NCBI GenBank assembly: GCA_001244265.2
Contig: CDLV01000010.1
Coordinates: 434,001 to 498,000 of the forward strand
Length of the DNA: 64,000 bases
Reading direction: 5' to 3'
From: Microbotryum violaceum
Taxonomy: Eukaryota
A program made the position numbers and the translations under genes. Under the pieces are notes generated by a model. That model worked only from the letters and a program-made list of their open reading frames with translations, searched no databases and was not told the origin of the DNA. The number at the start of each line of letters is the position of its first letter. The stretch's first letter is position 1. Positions 1 to 10,539 of the stretch are shown piece after piece.

Positions 1-212
1 GGAGGGAGCAACCGTGGGTGGGGGGGACTTGAACTCGGATGTATCGGGTTGGTCTGTTCTGCTAGTTACAGCTCATCGAGCGGCGGTTGGGGTTATCGTC
101 GTGCATACTGGGCAGCATCTCCTTTAGTTCCGTAGGGGGTTTTCTCGTCTTGCAAATTAGCGATGAGTTCCATACCAAAAATAAATAAATAAAACATAAA
201 AAATAAATAAAA
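1..212 (+). mobile_element. 3' end of a diverged LINE subfamily (copy B) with A-rich tail; runs off the left edge
   Basis: Shares ordered motifs with the main element's 3' UTR (GGGAGCARCCG, ACTTGAA, GTATCGGRTTGGT, GGCGGTT, TTATCRTCGT, TTCCGTAGG). Ends CCATACC (170-176), followed by an A-rich tail at 177-212. Confidence 0.7.
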
Positions 213-780
213 TCCAGTTCTGCTTTCGTTGCTCATAGACCGGCTTGCGATTTGGGATTGACTCGACGGTGGCTCGCGCTCTTTGGCTTCGGGATTCTGA
301 GTCAAGGGAGGGATCAGCAGACACAGGCAGAAAGAGACAGTCGGCTTTGAGGGGCCAGGGACTGCTGAGGTGGAGGTTTTGGGGGGCCTCCACTGCGTCT
401 TGCTGTGAACGAGCATAGACTTGGGGCTTTGTGGGTCAGGGTAGTTGCTCAGTCGCTCTTCAGTCTTTGTCTCGACCGAGTTGGGAAGTGGGTGCGGGGT
501 GGGCCTCTTGTCGTTAGTAAATCGTTTGATTACTCTTTCTCTTTCTCTCTCTCTCTCCTCTCTCTCATTCGTCTCCAGGGGGGGAGCAGCCGCTTGGCTG
601 GGGCACTTGAATCCCAAGTATCGGATTGGTGGACACCGGCCCGTTTCTCGCATCTTGCGGGCGGTTTGTTTATCATCGTCGACTTCCATCGAGTTTTTCC
701 GTAGGCCAACTAGGGGGATCATGAACTGGGGGCAATATGATGGACAAGTTCTACCCCGCCCCCCCAAACAAAGGAAAAAA
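211..780 (+). mobile_element. 5'-truncated copy (A) of the main LINE, 3' UTR only
   Basis: Close reverse-complement match to 3348-3885. Ends GTTCTAC (748-754), then a decayed C/A-rich tail. Starts directly after copy B's tail. Confidence 0.88.
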
Positions 781-899
781 GGTTTCTGACAAACAAAAAG
801 GCCAACATGAACGAGCTTTAGTGTCGAGCCTGTCAGTGGGTGCACACGGCCGTCTGAGACCGAGGTAGTTGCTATACATTTGAGCTTGAGCGATTTGAG

Positions 900-2490
900 C
901 TTTGAGCCCTGCGCACTGGCCTTTGCGCATTGGGCGATCGGGCAATGGCCGGCCAGAGAGGATCGTTCCTCTACCGCCTCGGAAGATTCAGCGTCCATCT
1001 CATCGCCTCACACCTCGGGACCTGGCATCTCAGCGACTCGCAACCCACTACCTCATTATTCAGGTCGGGGTGAAATATACCGAAAATGCGGATTGGGAGG
1101 TGAAGTCTCGACCATCGCTCGCATACGCTCCATTCCGATGCTTGAAACCCCCATGCAGCCTAATGATAGTTCACCAACATCTATTGCTTCACAAATATTT
1201 TTTACTACAGTCAATTCCTTCTGTCTTCCAAGACCGTCGTCAGGGAAATCGGGAAAGCTGCCATGCTCGCCATTCGCGGTCAAGCTACGAATACCACTTA
1301 GAGACCCTCAAAGATCTCTCTCGGCCGCGCCGCCGCACGCCACCAGACCACGGTGGTTTCGGTTTGAGTGTTTTCCCTCGTCCCCCCCCCCTCCCCCGAT
1401 TGATCACGCCAAGCAAGTCTTTCAACTCTTCGACATTCGTCCAGTCGGCAAACCAACGCAACCACTTCACCATACGCAAACTGTCCTCCAACCAGCATTG
1501 TCGCTCTTGAATCTGGATCTGGGGGGCCTACTTTGCCACCCTCTACCTAATATAGGACCATACGGCGAAGAGGACGAGTGAACTGTTTTCTCAACGCTGG
1601 GTCCGCTACTTCGAAGCCTGGGCGTCGGTGGCAACACTGAACCCCCACCCCAAACTTTCCAAGGTCCAGAACCTCGAGGAACAGGCAAACCACGTGCTCT
1701 TCTTCCAGCGGGCCACGAAATTCACTCTCCGTGAACCCGACGTTCTTCCGAGGCCCTGACGGCGAGGTACAGCGATGACTCCGTCCTCGTTTGTGAACGC
1801 GTCCAAACGCCACCACGCCTGCCTGTACCCCTTGATTGTTCCTTAAGGACATCTCAAAAGAACTTCGATTCCCCGATCAATGCTGGAAGTCGTGGTGGAA
1901 GGCCTTGCGGAAGATTCGTAGAGTTCACTCGGATGTCAAAGATACCGCCAACTTCCACTCCCTGGAATCCCTCAAGCCAGGTCAACAACTCGTGTCCCCC
2001 AGCTACGCCCACGTCAATAATTCGGTCCACATACTGTGCGATGTGCTTAACCAACGCACCCGAGTTTCTGGCATACTTTCAGTCGGCTGCCCGCTCGCTT
2101 GGCGGTTTTGGATCGCTCTTCCTCCGGCCCCTCCCCCCGCCTTGCCCGTCTTCGTATGCCCGGTCGGCTCTCACTCGGAGCATCGACTGGTTGTTTCCAC
2201 TCGATCTGGAAGCTCTCTCGCCAGCGCCGATTCTCGTCGGAACCTTTGGAACCGATGACCGAAATGACTTTCGAGGATCTTCGAGCGTCTATCCTGATGT
2301 TCAAGGGTCGCCTCGTATCATTGTGACACCACCCGAGGGAATTTTTGTGTGCATGGTCGATTCTGTTACAACAAGGCCAACAAGTCCTACACTACTGGCG
2401 TGGCCGGTGTGCTTAAATGCACTCCTCCGGACTTTCCGAAGATATCTAGGCCTTCATACAATTATGCTGTTACAGGAACCTCTTAGGTAA
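900..2490 (+). mobile_element. Decayed 3' part of ORF2 from a second L1-like family
   Basis: Fragments in shifting frames but correct order: HYLIIQVGV (YLG-like RT motif), TNIYCFTNIFYYSQF, TPPDHGGFGL (GGLG-type motif), WKSWWKALRK, degenerate zinc finger CAMCLTNAPEFLAYF..VGCPLAWRFW. Boundaries approximate. Confidence 0.6.
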
Positions 2491-2808
2491 AGAAATCCAT
2501 GGCGGTTTCATATGGTCCGCTTCGAGTGTAGCGAAAAAGAAATCGCGGATTTATGGAGTATTGAGGTCTGAGTGAGAGTTTGGAGTATTTGTGTATTTGC
2601 TGGCAATTGGGTGATTACATTGGTGTTTGTTGAAGGGGAGGGTACCGCGGCTTGCTCGCGCGAGCGCGGTCGAACAGGAGGTGTCTGAAAGGCACAGATC
2701 GCTTCCGAGCCTGACTGATTCCGAGTCCAAACAGAAAGGATCAAACGGTGCAATCCGCAGGCGAAGAAAGACTACTAAAAGTACTTAGGTCAAGAGACGC
2801 CCGTGGCG

Positions 2809-3054
2809 CCGAGTGCGTCACAGAGCACGCCCCTTGCCGCGATCCAGACGTTCCGCGAGTCAACGCAACCGAAAAAGTAGTGGTCGGTGTCGTCCACCGG
2901 CGCTTCGCAGACGAGGTACGCGGGAGAAGTGTCGTGATTTTGTTGGTGTTGCAGCTTGTGCGTTGGGGTGAAGCGGAGAATCAACTTGAACCAAACTTCC
3001 CTCTCCCTCGCTGTCAGTGCCTTCGAGTTGACTGCCTTCCAGAAGCTCCTGAGG
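2809..3054 (-). mobile_element. Internal fragment of the main LINE ORF2 (C-terminal zinc-finger region)
   Basis: Near-identical to 4259-4503; encodes VCEAPVDDTDHYFFGC. Confidence 0.9.
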
Positions 3055-3055
3055 A

Positions 3056-3316
3056 TTTTTTATTTTTTTTGTAGAAAACGTTCATCGTATTGCCCCCAGT
3101 TCCTGTTCCCCCTGTTTTGGCCTACGGAAAAACTAGATGGAAGACTACGATGATAACACAAACCGCCCGCAAAAGTGCGAGAAACGAGCCAAGTCCACCA
3201 ATCCGAGATTCGGATTCAAATGCCCTAGCCAAGCGGTTGCTCCCCCCAGGAGACTAATGAGAGAGGGAACGAGAGATGAAGAGAAGAAAAGAAAGAAAAG
3301 AAATGTACTAACGACA
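3056..3316 (-). mobile_element. 5'-truncated LINE copy (C): last ~250 nt of 3' UTR plus poly(A)
   Basis: Diverged repeat of 3348-3596; T-tract 3056-3070 on + is the A-tail on -. Confidence 0.88.
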
Positions 3317-3994
3317 GAAGTAACTTTTTCTAAGGGTTTTTTTTTTTGTAGAACTTGTTCATCATATTGCCCCCAATTCCCGTTCCCCTGATTGGCCTAC
3401 GGAAAAGCTAGATGGAAGTCGACGATGATAACACAAACCGCCCGCAAGATGCGAGAAACGGGCCGGTGTCCACCAATCCGATACTTGGGATTCAAGTGCC
3501 CCAGCCAAGCGGTTGCTCCCCCCAGGAGACGAATGTGAGAGAGAAGGAGAGAGAGAGAGAAAGAGAAAAGAGTAACAAAACGATTTACTAACGACAAGAG
3601 GCCCACCCCGCACCCACTTCCCAACTCGGTCGAGACAAAGACAGGAGATCGACTGCGCAACTACCCTGACCCGCGAAGTCCTAAGTCTATGCTCGGTCAC
3701 AACAAGACGCGGTGGAGGCCCCTCAAAACCTCCACCTCAGCAGTCCCTGGCCCCTCAAAGCCGACTTTCTGCCTGTGTCTGCTGATCCCTCCCTTGACTC
3801 AGAACCCGAAGCCAAAGAGCGCGAGTCACCGTCGAGTCAATCTCAAATCACGAGCCGGTCCATGAGCAACAAAGGCAGACCTGTAATAGATGAAAGATGA
3901 AAGCAAGATATTTAGTATACAGTGTTTTGTTGGAAGATGAAGCGTGATGGTGTGTGTGTGTGGGGTGTGGTGGGGGGGAAATCGAACCCAGCCT

Positions 3995-6900
3995 CTACTG
4001 CCCTCGCCCGCCCCCTGCTCCTCCCGCCCTCAACTTCATCCTCTCCTCCAGTACCACCCTCCTCCTCTCCACGTTTTCCATCCTCGTCCCGTGCTTCTGT
4101 ATCCTCCATCTCCCACTGCTGATCATCTCCAAAACCATCCCCGGAAGATCTCGATTGTCCTCCCCGCCCCTTCCTGTTCGCTGAGCTTGGCCTTGAGCTT
4201 GGGGAGGCCAAAGAGCCGTTGCAGTGTCGTGTACCGGGCGTCCTCAATCGTGTCGCACCCGAGTGCGTCGCAGAGCACGCCCCTTGCCGCGATCCAGACA
4301 TTCCGCGAGTCAACGCAGCCGAAAAAGTAGTGGTCGGTGTCGTCCACCGGCGCTTCGCAGACGAGGCACGCGGAGAAGTGTCGTGATTCTGTTGGTGTTG
4401 CAGCTTGCGCGTCGGGGTGAAGCGGAGAATCAGCTTGAACCAAACTTCCCTCTCCCTCGCCGTCAGTGCCTTCGAGTTGACCGCCTTCCAAAAGCTCCTG
4501 AGGTCGTCCGGCTGCGGTGGTCCCTTGAGCCCGAGCGTGTTGGTAAAGGCCTTCGCGTTCAGGACCCGGCGGATGCGACGGATGGTGTACGGTCGAGCCA
4601 TGTTCAGCAGCTTGTACTGGCTCGCCTGCTGTGGAAGCACCGGGTCCGGAAGGCGCTGCTCCATTGCGAAGCGGGCCACGGGCTTGGGGAGAATCGCCTC
4701 GAGCGGTGCGCTGGTGCCGATCCGGGGAGGCACGTTGAGCCGTCCTGCCGCCACCGCCACCGCCAAGGGAGTGTTCTTGTGTCGATCGACAGTGAACCGG
4801 TACCAGGCCGCGATTGCCAGTCGCTGCGGGAGCCCGCGTCGATCGTACTCGCTGTTGTCGCCGAGCACATCCGCCGGCGGCGTCCAAAGGTGAAACCCCC
4901 CACCCGCATACAACTCGCGCCGGTAGAGATCCGCCACCTTCGGGTAGCCCTGGAGACGAAGGTAGTCAGGTATATGAACCGCGTCGATGGTCTGTCTCCC
5001 TCTGATGGGGGTGTGGAGGCTGCCGAGCAAGGTGGGAAGCGCGAGCAGGTTCGCGGTGGTCAAGGTCCTCGGGTTGACCTGCGCGTCTTGCTGTTTTGGA
5101 ACCCCAATGCCGCTCGCCATCGGGGATGGAGGTCGCTGGGGATGGGAGTGGATGGATGTGGCCAGAGATCGGTGGCCAGGTCGAGGTCGGACTGAGCTCG
5201 CTGGAGTGCCGCGCGCGCAAGTCCTTGCCAGATCGCGCCCGAACCGCCGAGAAGAACGTCCCAGATCCGTGCCGCAACCGCGTCCACGACGTCCCGCATC
5301 CTGATCACCCCGAGTCCCCCCTTGAGCTTGGCTGTGAACACGATATCTCTGCCGTAGCTGGTCCTGCCCTTGCCCCCACGGACGAAATCGACGAGCATGT
5401 CATCGAGCTTCTTGACGACTTCGGGCGGCGGGATGTCGGCTGCAAGGAAGTGCAGGATCTTGGGGATGGCGTACCGATTGACGTAAAAGGCACGGGTGTG
5501 GTGTGTGAGCCAGCGATGCTGAACCCCTTCCAGCGTCGCCTCGAGGCGTTCGATGAGATTCGCGTAGGCGAGTTCGGTGTCGCCGCTCGGGTCGAAGTGG
5601 AGGCCGATCCACTCGAGCGACTCGCCTGCGGCCTTGACGACGAGCGGGCGTTGCCCCGGGTCCCAGCGGCGTCCGATCGGTAGGACGACCGTCTTGTCCG
5701 TGTTGAGCCGGCCATTCGTTGCATGCCTCCAGTCGAGCGCCAGGTCATCGAGCAAGTTGAGTGACCCCAAGCCCGCGACGGCGACGACAACGTCATCGGC
5801 AAAAGCAAGCGATGTAATGGCGCGGCTCTGTGGGTACGGATGAAGTGCAGGTATGGAGAGATTCAGCGCGATGTTTCGACGGTGTAGAGCATCCAGAAAC
5901 GGCTGAAACACGATGTCCCAGACCGACGACGACGCCGGGTCCCCTTGGCCGAGCCCACACGTCAGTCGTACCGGCGCCGTCAAGAACCCATTGATGATGT
6001 AGCGGGCCGAGGTCGAGTCACCCGAGTAGAGCATCCTCAGCACGCGAAGAAAGGTGGCAGGAGCGCCCAGAGCGTCAAAGATGGCAAAGATCCAGTCATG
6101 CTCGACGAGGTCGTAGGCGGACGATTGGTCAAGAGATAAGGGTGCGGCCGCGGGGAACTCGGTCCTGCGCGCGCCAACTTCCTCGATCAGGAGACGAAGG
6201 TGTAGTGCAGCGTCAGCCAATCGGCGGTCCTTGACGAATCCGTGCTGCTGCGGCGGGAGGAGATCCGGTAGAATTTGGTTCAAACGGGCGACATAGACCT
6301 TGGTAAAGATCTTGTAATCGCACTCGCGCAGGGTGATCGGCCGGTACGACGAAAGTTCGGCGCGATCAGCATTCTTCTTGTGTCGCTTGAAGATGAGGCG
6401 CACGAGTCCTTGGCCCTGCTTGGGAGAGAGTGAGCCTCGCTCTATCATCGCGTTGTAGGCCTTGGTCAGCACCTTGGCCCACGCCTTGGGTGCGGTCTGG
6501 TAGAGTTCGTAGGGCACGCCCGACGGTCCCGGCGATCGCGGCCACGACCTCGTCCTCGGTGATTGGTCGCTGGAGTAAGTCGATCTGCGATTCCGAGAGT
6601 CGGCGCAGAAAGAGAGGATCCGAGCGCGGGTCGTCGCAAGTCCGCGCCGCCCTGATCGGCGCGAGGAATTCGTCCCGAAGTCGGTCGACGCGGTCCGGGT
6701 CACGAGGCTCGATGTGGTAGAGGCGCTGGAAATGCGCCTGCGTGTGGTCAAGAGCGACATCAATGTCATGCGTTAGCTCTCCGTTGCTCAAGCGCAGTGC
6801 TGTGATCTTGGAGTCCGAGTTCCGCGCCGCGAGCTTGGCGTGGACCGGCCGCGACAGTCGTTCCTCGGAGGCGATCTCGGGTACGTGGGCTCGGATCCGG

Positions 6901-7987
6901 AGTAGGCGCGCGCGCTCCTCGACCGCCCGCTTGAGTTCCTCGGACGTCCTTGTCCATTCTGCCGTTTCCGCCTCCCCCCATTCCGGTATCGCCTCCAGAT
7001 CCTGCACCCTCCCCACCAAATACTCCATCCGTTCCGTCCGCTCCCGATGCAACCTCCTCGCCATCTCCCCACCCCTATCCCTGCACGCCTTCAGAATGAC
7101 CTCGAGCTCCCCACCGGTTCCTCCCCGCTTGCCCCTTCCAACCATCCTTCCATCATCCGCTGGAATTCCACCGTCTTAAAGGTTGTGGTGTTGATTCGAT
7201 GTAGTTGGTTTGATGTGGTAGGTAGGCTGAGCTGTGGAGGGTCGCATCAGGATCGTCTGAGAGAGCCAGCACAATCAAGACCGGTCGGTGATCGGAAAGC
7301 TCCTTGGGATAGTCGTAGATCGTCGAGGCCTGATCGAGTCTTTTTTGGTGTGTCCGTTGCAGGAGAAAGTAGTCAAGCCGGGAGAAGGAGTTGGGTCGCT
7401 TGCGATTGGGATTAGGTCGAGTGAAGGATGGGGTGATGGGGTGTTTGTAGCGGATGCAGTCCGTGTAGGCCGAGTCGAGCTTGCCGATCAGGATTGGCCA
7501 GTGGTGGCCGCGCCGACTTTGGTTCCGCCGATCGACTTCTGGGCGCGGGCAGTCGTTGAGATCACCGCCAAGGAGTCAAAGGTGGGATTTCTGTGTTTTG
7601 TGAAATAAGAGTTTGTCAAAGAATTTCGCTCGTTGCTTTGGGTCAACGGGCGCGTAAACGTTGTTGATTTCTAGAATTTTGATGTCGCCCCGCAGACGAA
7701 AGGACGTGACGAGGAGCCGGCCGTCGAGTGCCGAGTGGGTGCGCAAGAGCTCGGCGTCGATCAGGGGGGAGTCAGCCGGAATTAGAGTCAGACAATGTTG
7801 GTTGATGAAGAGCTTGCCCTCGTACTCGTCCTTGATGAGTTGCCAGAGGTGCGGTCTGATGAAGTGCTCTTGTATGAGAATGGCCGATGCTTTGGAAAAG
7901 GAATAGGTAGTTGTAAATGTCACGTCGTTTCTCCGGGACCCCCATGCCCCTCCTCACGTTCCAGGTGATGATGGTGTGCTTAATCAT
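3995..7987 (-). pseudogene. LINE ORF2 (APE endonuclease - reverse transcriptase - CCHC finger), ~1330 codons, disrupted as assembled
   Basis: EN motifs ITWNVR, LIQEH, NVYAP, GGDLN, SRLDY, SDHRPV. RT motifs [44 protein letters not shown] (5792-5803), GGLG. Zinc finger CLVC..DHYFFGC. Several frameshifts and an in-frame TGA at 7576-7578. Confidence 0.92.
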
Positions 7988-10257
7988 TAATGGGTAGTTG
8001 AGGTCGAAGCGCTCTTGGCGGTGGTGACGTCCTCAAAGAGGGGAGGGCGGGCAGGACATCGTCCTCGGGCTCGTGGTCGGACCATCTTTTCTCCTCGGCT
8101 ACCCCTTTGCTTTCCCTCGGTCCACTTTCGTCACGCCAACCGGCATCGCCGCCGCCGCTGAAATCGACCTCGTCACCCTCCGCCCCTCTGTTCCATCCTT
8201 GACAACGACGCGGCTCTTCCCTTTGATGATCACTCGCTTGGCGTCGGTCGGTTCGTCACTAGGGTCACTGAGGTCCGCCGCAGTCTGCGACCTCTTCATT
8301 ACCGGCTTTTTGAACTTCGAAGCGGTCCCCCTGATATTGATGGAACGTATCTCACCGTCCTCATCCCACGTGGCAAAGTTGTGACGCACCAAAGGGGTTT
8401 CAGCGTCGAGCCTCCTCTCGATGCTTTGGTCCCGCTCGAGTCGTGCCTGCTCAACCCAGTTAGCTCTGATCCTGTCCCACTCCTCCCCTCGCGAAGCGAC
8501 TTGGCAAGAGTTTCGGGTGACAAAGGTGGGGTTGGTTCGTGGGGTGTCGATTCGCGGGAAGCGGTGGCGGCGGTTGCTGTTGCGTCGCTGTCGTCGTCAT
8601 TGTCCAGCCTGTTCGTCTCCCCTAAGTCCGTCGCTTCCGCGTTCTCCGCTTTCGTCGCTCCCCTGCCTCGTCCACATCGTCCACCTCCGTCGCCACCTCC
8701 TCTTCCTCCATCTCCGTCGCCACCTCCCTTTCCTCCATCTCCGTCGCCACCTTGCCTTCTGTTTCGCCCCTTCCATCCGCCATCACCTCATCCTCATCAA
8801 TCACCTCTCCATCGGATCCTCCGCAGTCCTCTAAAACCGACTCGTCCTCGCTCTTAAGTTTGATGACCTCCGTTTTCACGGTCGCCTCTGATTCCATCTC
8901 CGAGTCCTCCGAGTCCTCGTCATCCGCCTTATCACCAGCGTCCTCCTCCCCGATTCCTCTGGCCCCTGTCCGCTCTGGGCAGTTACCGCTTCCTCCTGTC
9001 CCTCCTCAACCTCGAGCCCGGCGAAGCGATTCTGTGATGCGATCCTGTTAAAAACCGGCACAGGAATGGGGCCTCGGCCTCCGCAATGTTGGTGTCGTTG
9101 GTGATGGTGTTCTTGTTGGCGTTGGTGTTGCCGTTGCCGTTGCCGTTGTGAGCCTCCTTTCGTTTGCTCTCCTGATCCAGTCCGCAGGTTCCCACGTGAC
9201 CAACGAAGTGGCACCTACCGCAAGCCGCCTCCTTCTCATAGTCATGGCGAAGGGCGGTGACCGGGATGCCTCGAGTGGGAAGGCCGATTCTCGAAGGTAG
9301 GATCTCTTTCAAGGTCGTGTTAGGGCGTTTGAACAGGGAGTCGTCATCGAAGTGTAGGAAAGCTGAGTAGTCTCCGGCAACGTGGGCAAAGGCCGAGGCG
9401 TTGTCCACGCTGATAATGCGCAGAACCTGCACAAGTTGGCACGAATGTCCCTTGCCTGACAAGTCCTGCACTAGTAATTGGAACGATTTGATGATGGCAT
9501 CCATGGAAGGCACTCCTTGAACACCGACGTTGATTCGAAGCTCGACCATGTTATGGTGGAACCTGTGAGATTTCGCGAAGCGGGCCTTCGCCGATCGCCA
9601 AGTGAGAGCAAGGGGCGTCGTAAGCGCAGCGTCACGTGCCTCGCCGGTGACGAACCCAACCGTAACGCGATGGTGAGCCGCCCCATTACGCAGGATTGAT
9701 GAATGTTGTACGCCTAGGATCTGTGGTCGATAGGCTGCAAGGTGGTCCGGCAGAGGAACTCCAGGCTCAAAGCAGATAGGAGAGATCGGCGATAACAGCC
9801 TCGTGACGCAGGCCACGAGATCGGTCTTGTCGGCATGAGACGCTCGCGAGGCGCTCTGGTGAGACAGAGTCACTTCAAGGGCGTAATCAAAGATGTTCTC
9901 GACAGACCGGTTCGCGTTCAAGGCCGAGAATTTCAGCGATGTGGCGGTGGCGACGGGGTAGAGTTCGGCGAAGTAGATGGCCTGGACCCAACGATCCATG
10001 CGGTTTCCGGGTACAGCACCCATGGCTTGTAGGAGGCTGCCCAAAGCCTTGGCACGCTGTTGTTGTTGTTGCTGTTGTTCAGGTGACTGAGTCGCCTGAC
10101 TCGCAGCGGCGGCATAGTTGGGTGCGGCGGTGGCGGGGCCCGTGACTTGCGTCTTCTTCGAGCTTATCGGGATCTGGTCGCGGGGTGACTGGACGCTGGT
10201 GGCGGACACCGGTGGTGGCGGTGCCGGCGGTGGGGACCCAGGGTCTCCTGTAGACAT
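7987..10257 (-). pseudogene. LINE ORF1 (nucleic-acid-binding, gag-like), ~750 codons after frameshift repair
   Basis: Lies upstream of ORF2. Pro/Gln-rich N-terminus, zinc knuckle [13 protein letters not shown], acidic region with VATEMEE repeats. ORF-track pieces 8983-10257, 8876-9214, 8622-8897, 8299-8523 and 8099-8392 join when one base is added at G4/C4 runs. Confidence 0.8.
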
Positions 10258-10313
10258 CTTGTCGGTGTATCACTTGTTAACTCGAGTATCGAAGACTGCG
10301 GTAGGGCGATTTC

Positions 10314-10438
10314 GAAGTGAAGTGAAGTGAAGTGAAGTGAAGTGAAGTGAAGTGAAGTGAAGTGAAGTGAAGTGAAGTGGGGTGAGGTGAGGTGAAGTGA
10401 AGTGAAGTGAAGTGAAGTGAAGTGAAGTGAAGTGAAGT
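10314..10438. repeat. (GAAGT)25 / (CTTCA)25 tandem pentamer array at the LINE 5' end
   Basis: 125 nt, 25 units, three variant units (GGGGT, GAGGT x2). Confidence 0.97.
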
Positions 10439-10539
10439 AGAGGGGGTTTTTTGTATGTTTTTTTTTTTTTTTGTATGGGTTGGGGCCCATAAACAATGAT
10501 GATATATATTCAAGCCCGGCCTCCTAACCATTGCTCGCT

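Larger units (their letters stand above)
3337..10440 (-). mobile_element. Near full-length (~7.1 kb) L1-clade non-LTR retrotransposon (copy D)
   Basis: 5' pentamer array, ORF1, ORF2 with APE endonuclease, RT and CCHC finger, long 3' UTR, A11 tail at 3337-3347. Candidate target-site duplication AAAAAACCC (minus strand, 10452-10444 and 3342-3334). Confidence 0.93.

Noticed and set aside
697-705. TTCCGTAGG resembles the 18S rRNA 3' end (ITS1 primer site)
   Set aside because: Only 9 nt with no flanking rRNA similarity; kept only as a conserved UTR motif.
93-998. 301-aa minus-strand ORF, and similar peptides at 3137-3900, over the LINE 3' UTR
   Set aside because: Antisense to the UTR. The frame is not kept between copies A, C and D; shared peptides only reflect the DNA repeat.
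211-3885. Large inverted repeat resembling DNA-transposon TIRs
   Set aside because: Both arms are LINE 3' UTRs ending in their own tails on opposite strands; no transposase lies between them.
10164-10531. FTSLH-repeat ORFs; array read as CRISPR or telomere
   Set aside because: Translation of a 5-nt microsatellite. There are no spacers, it is not TTAGGG-like, and it is internal.
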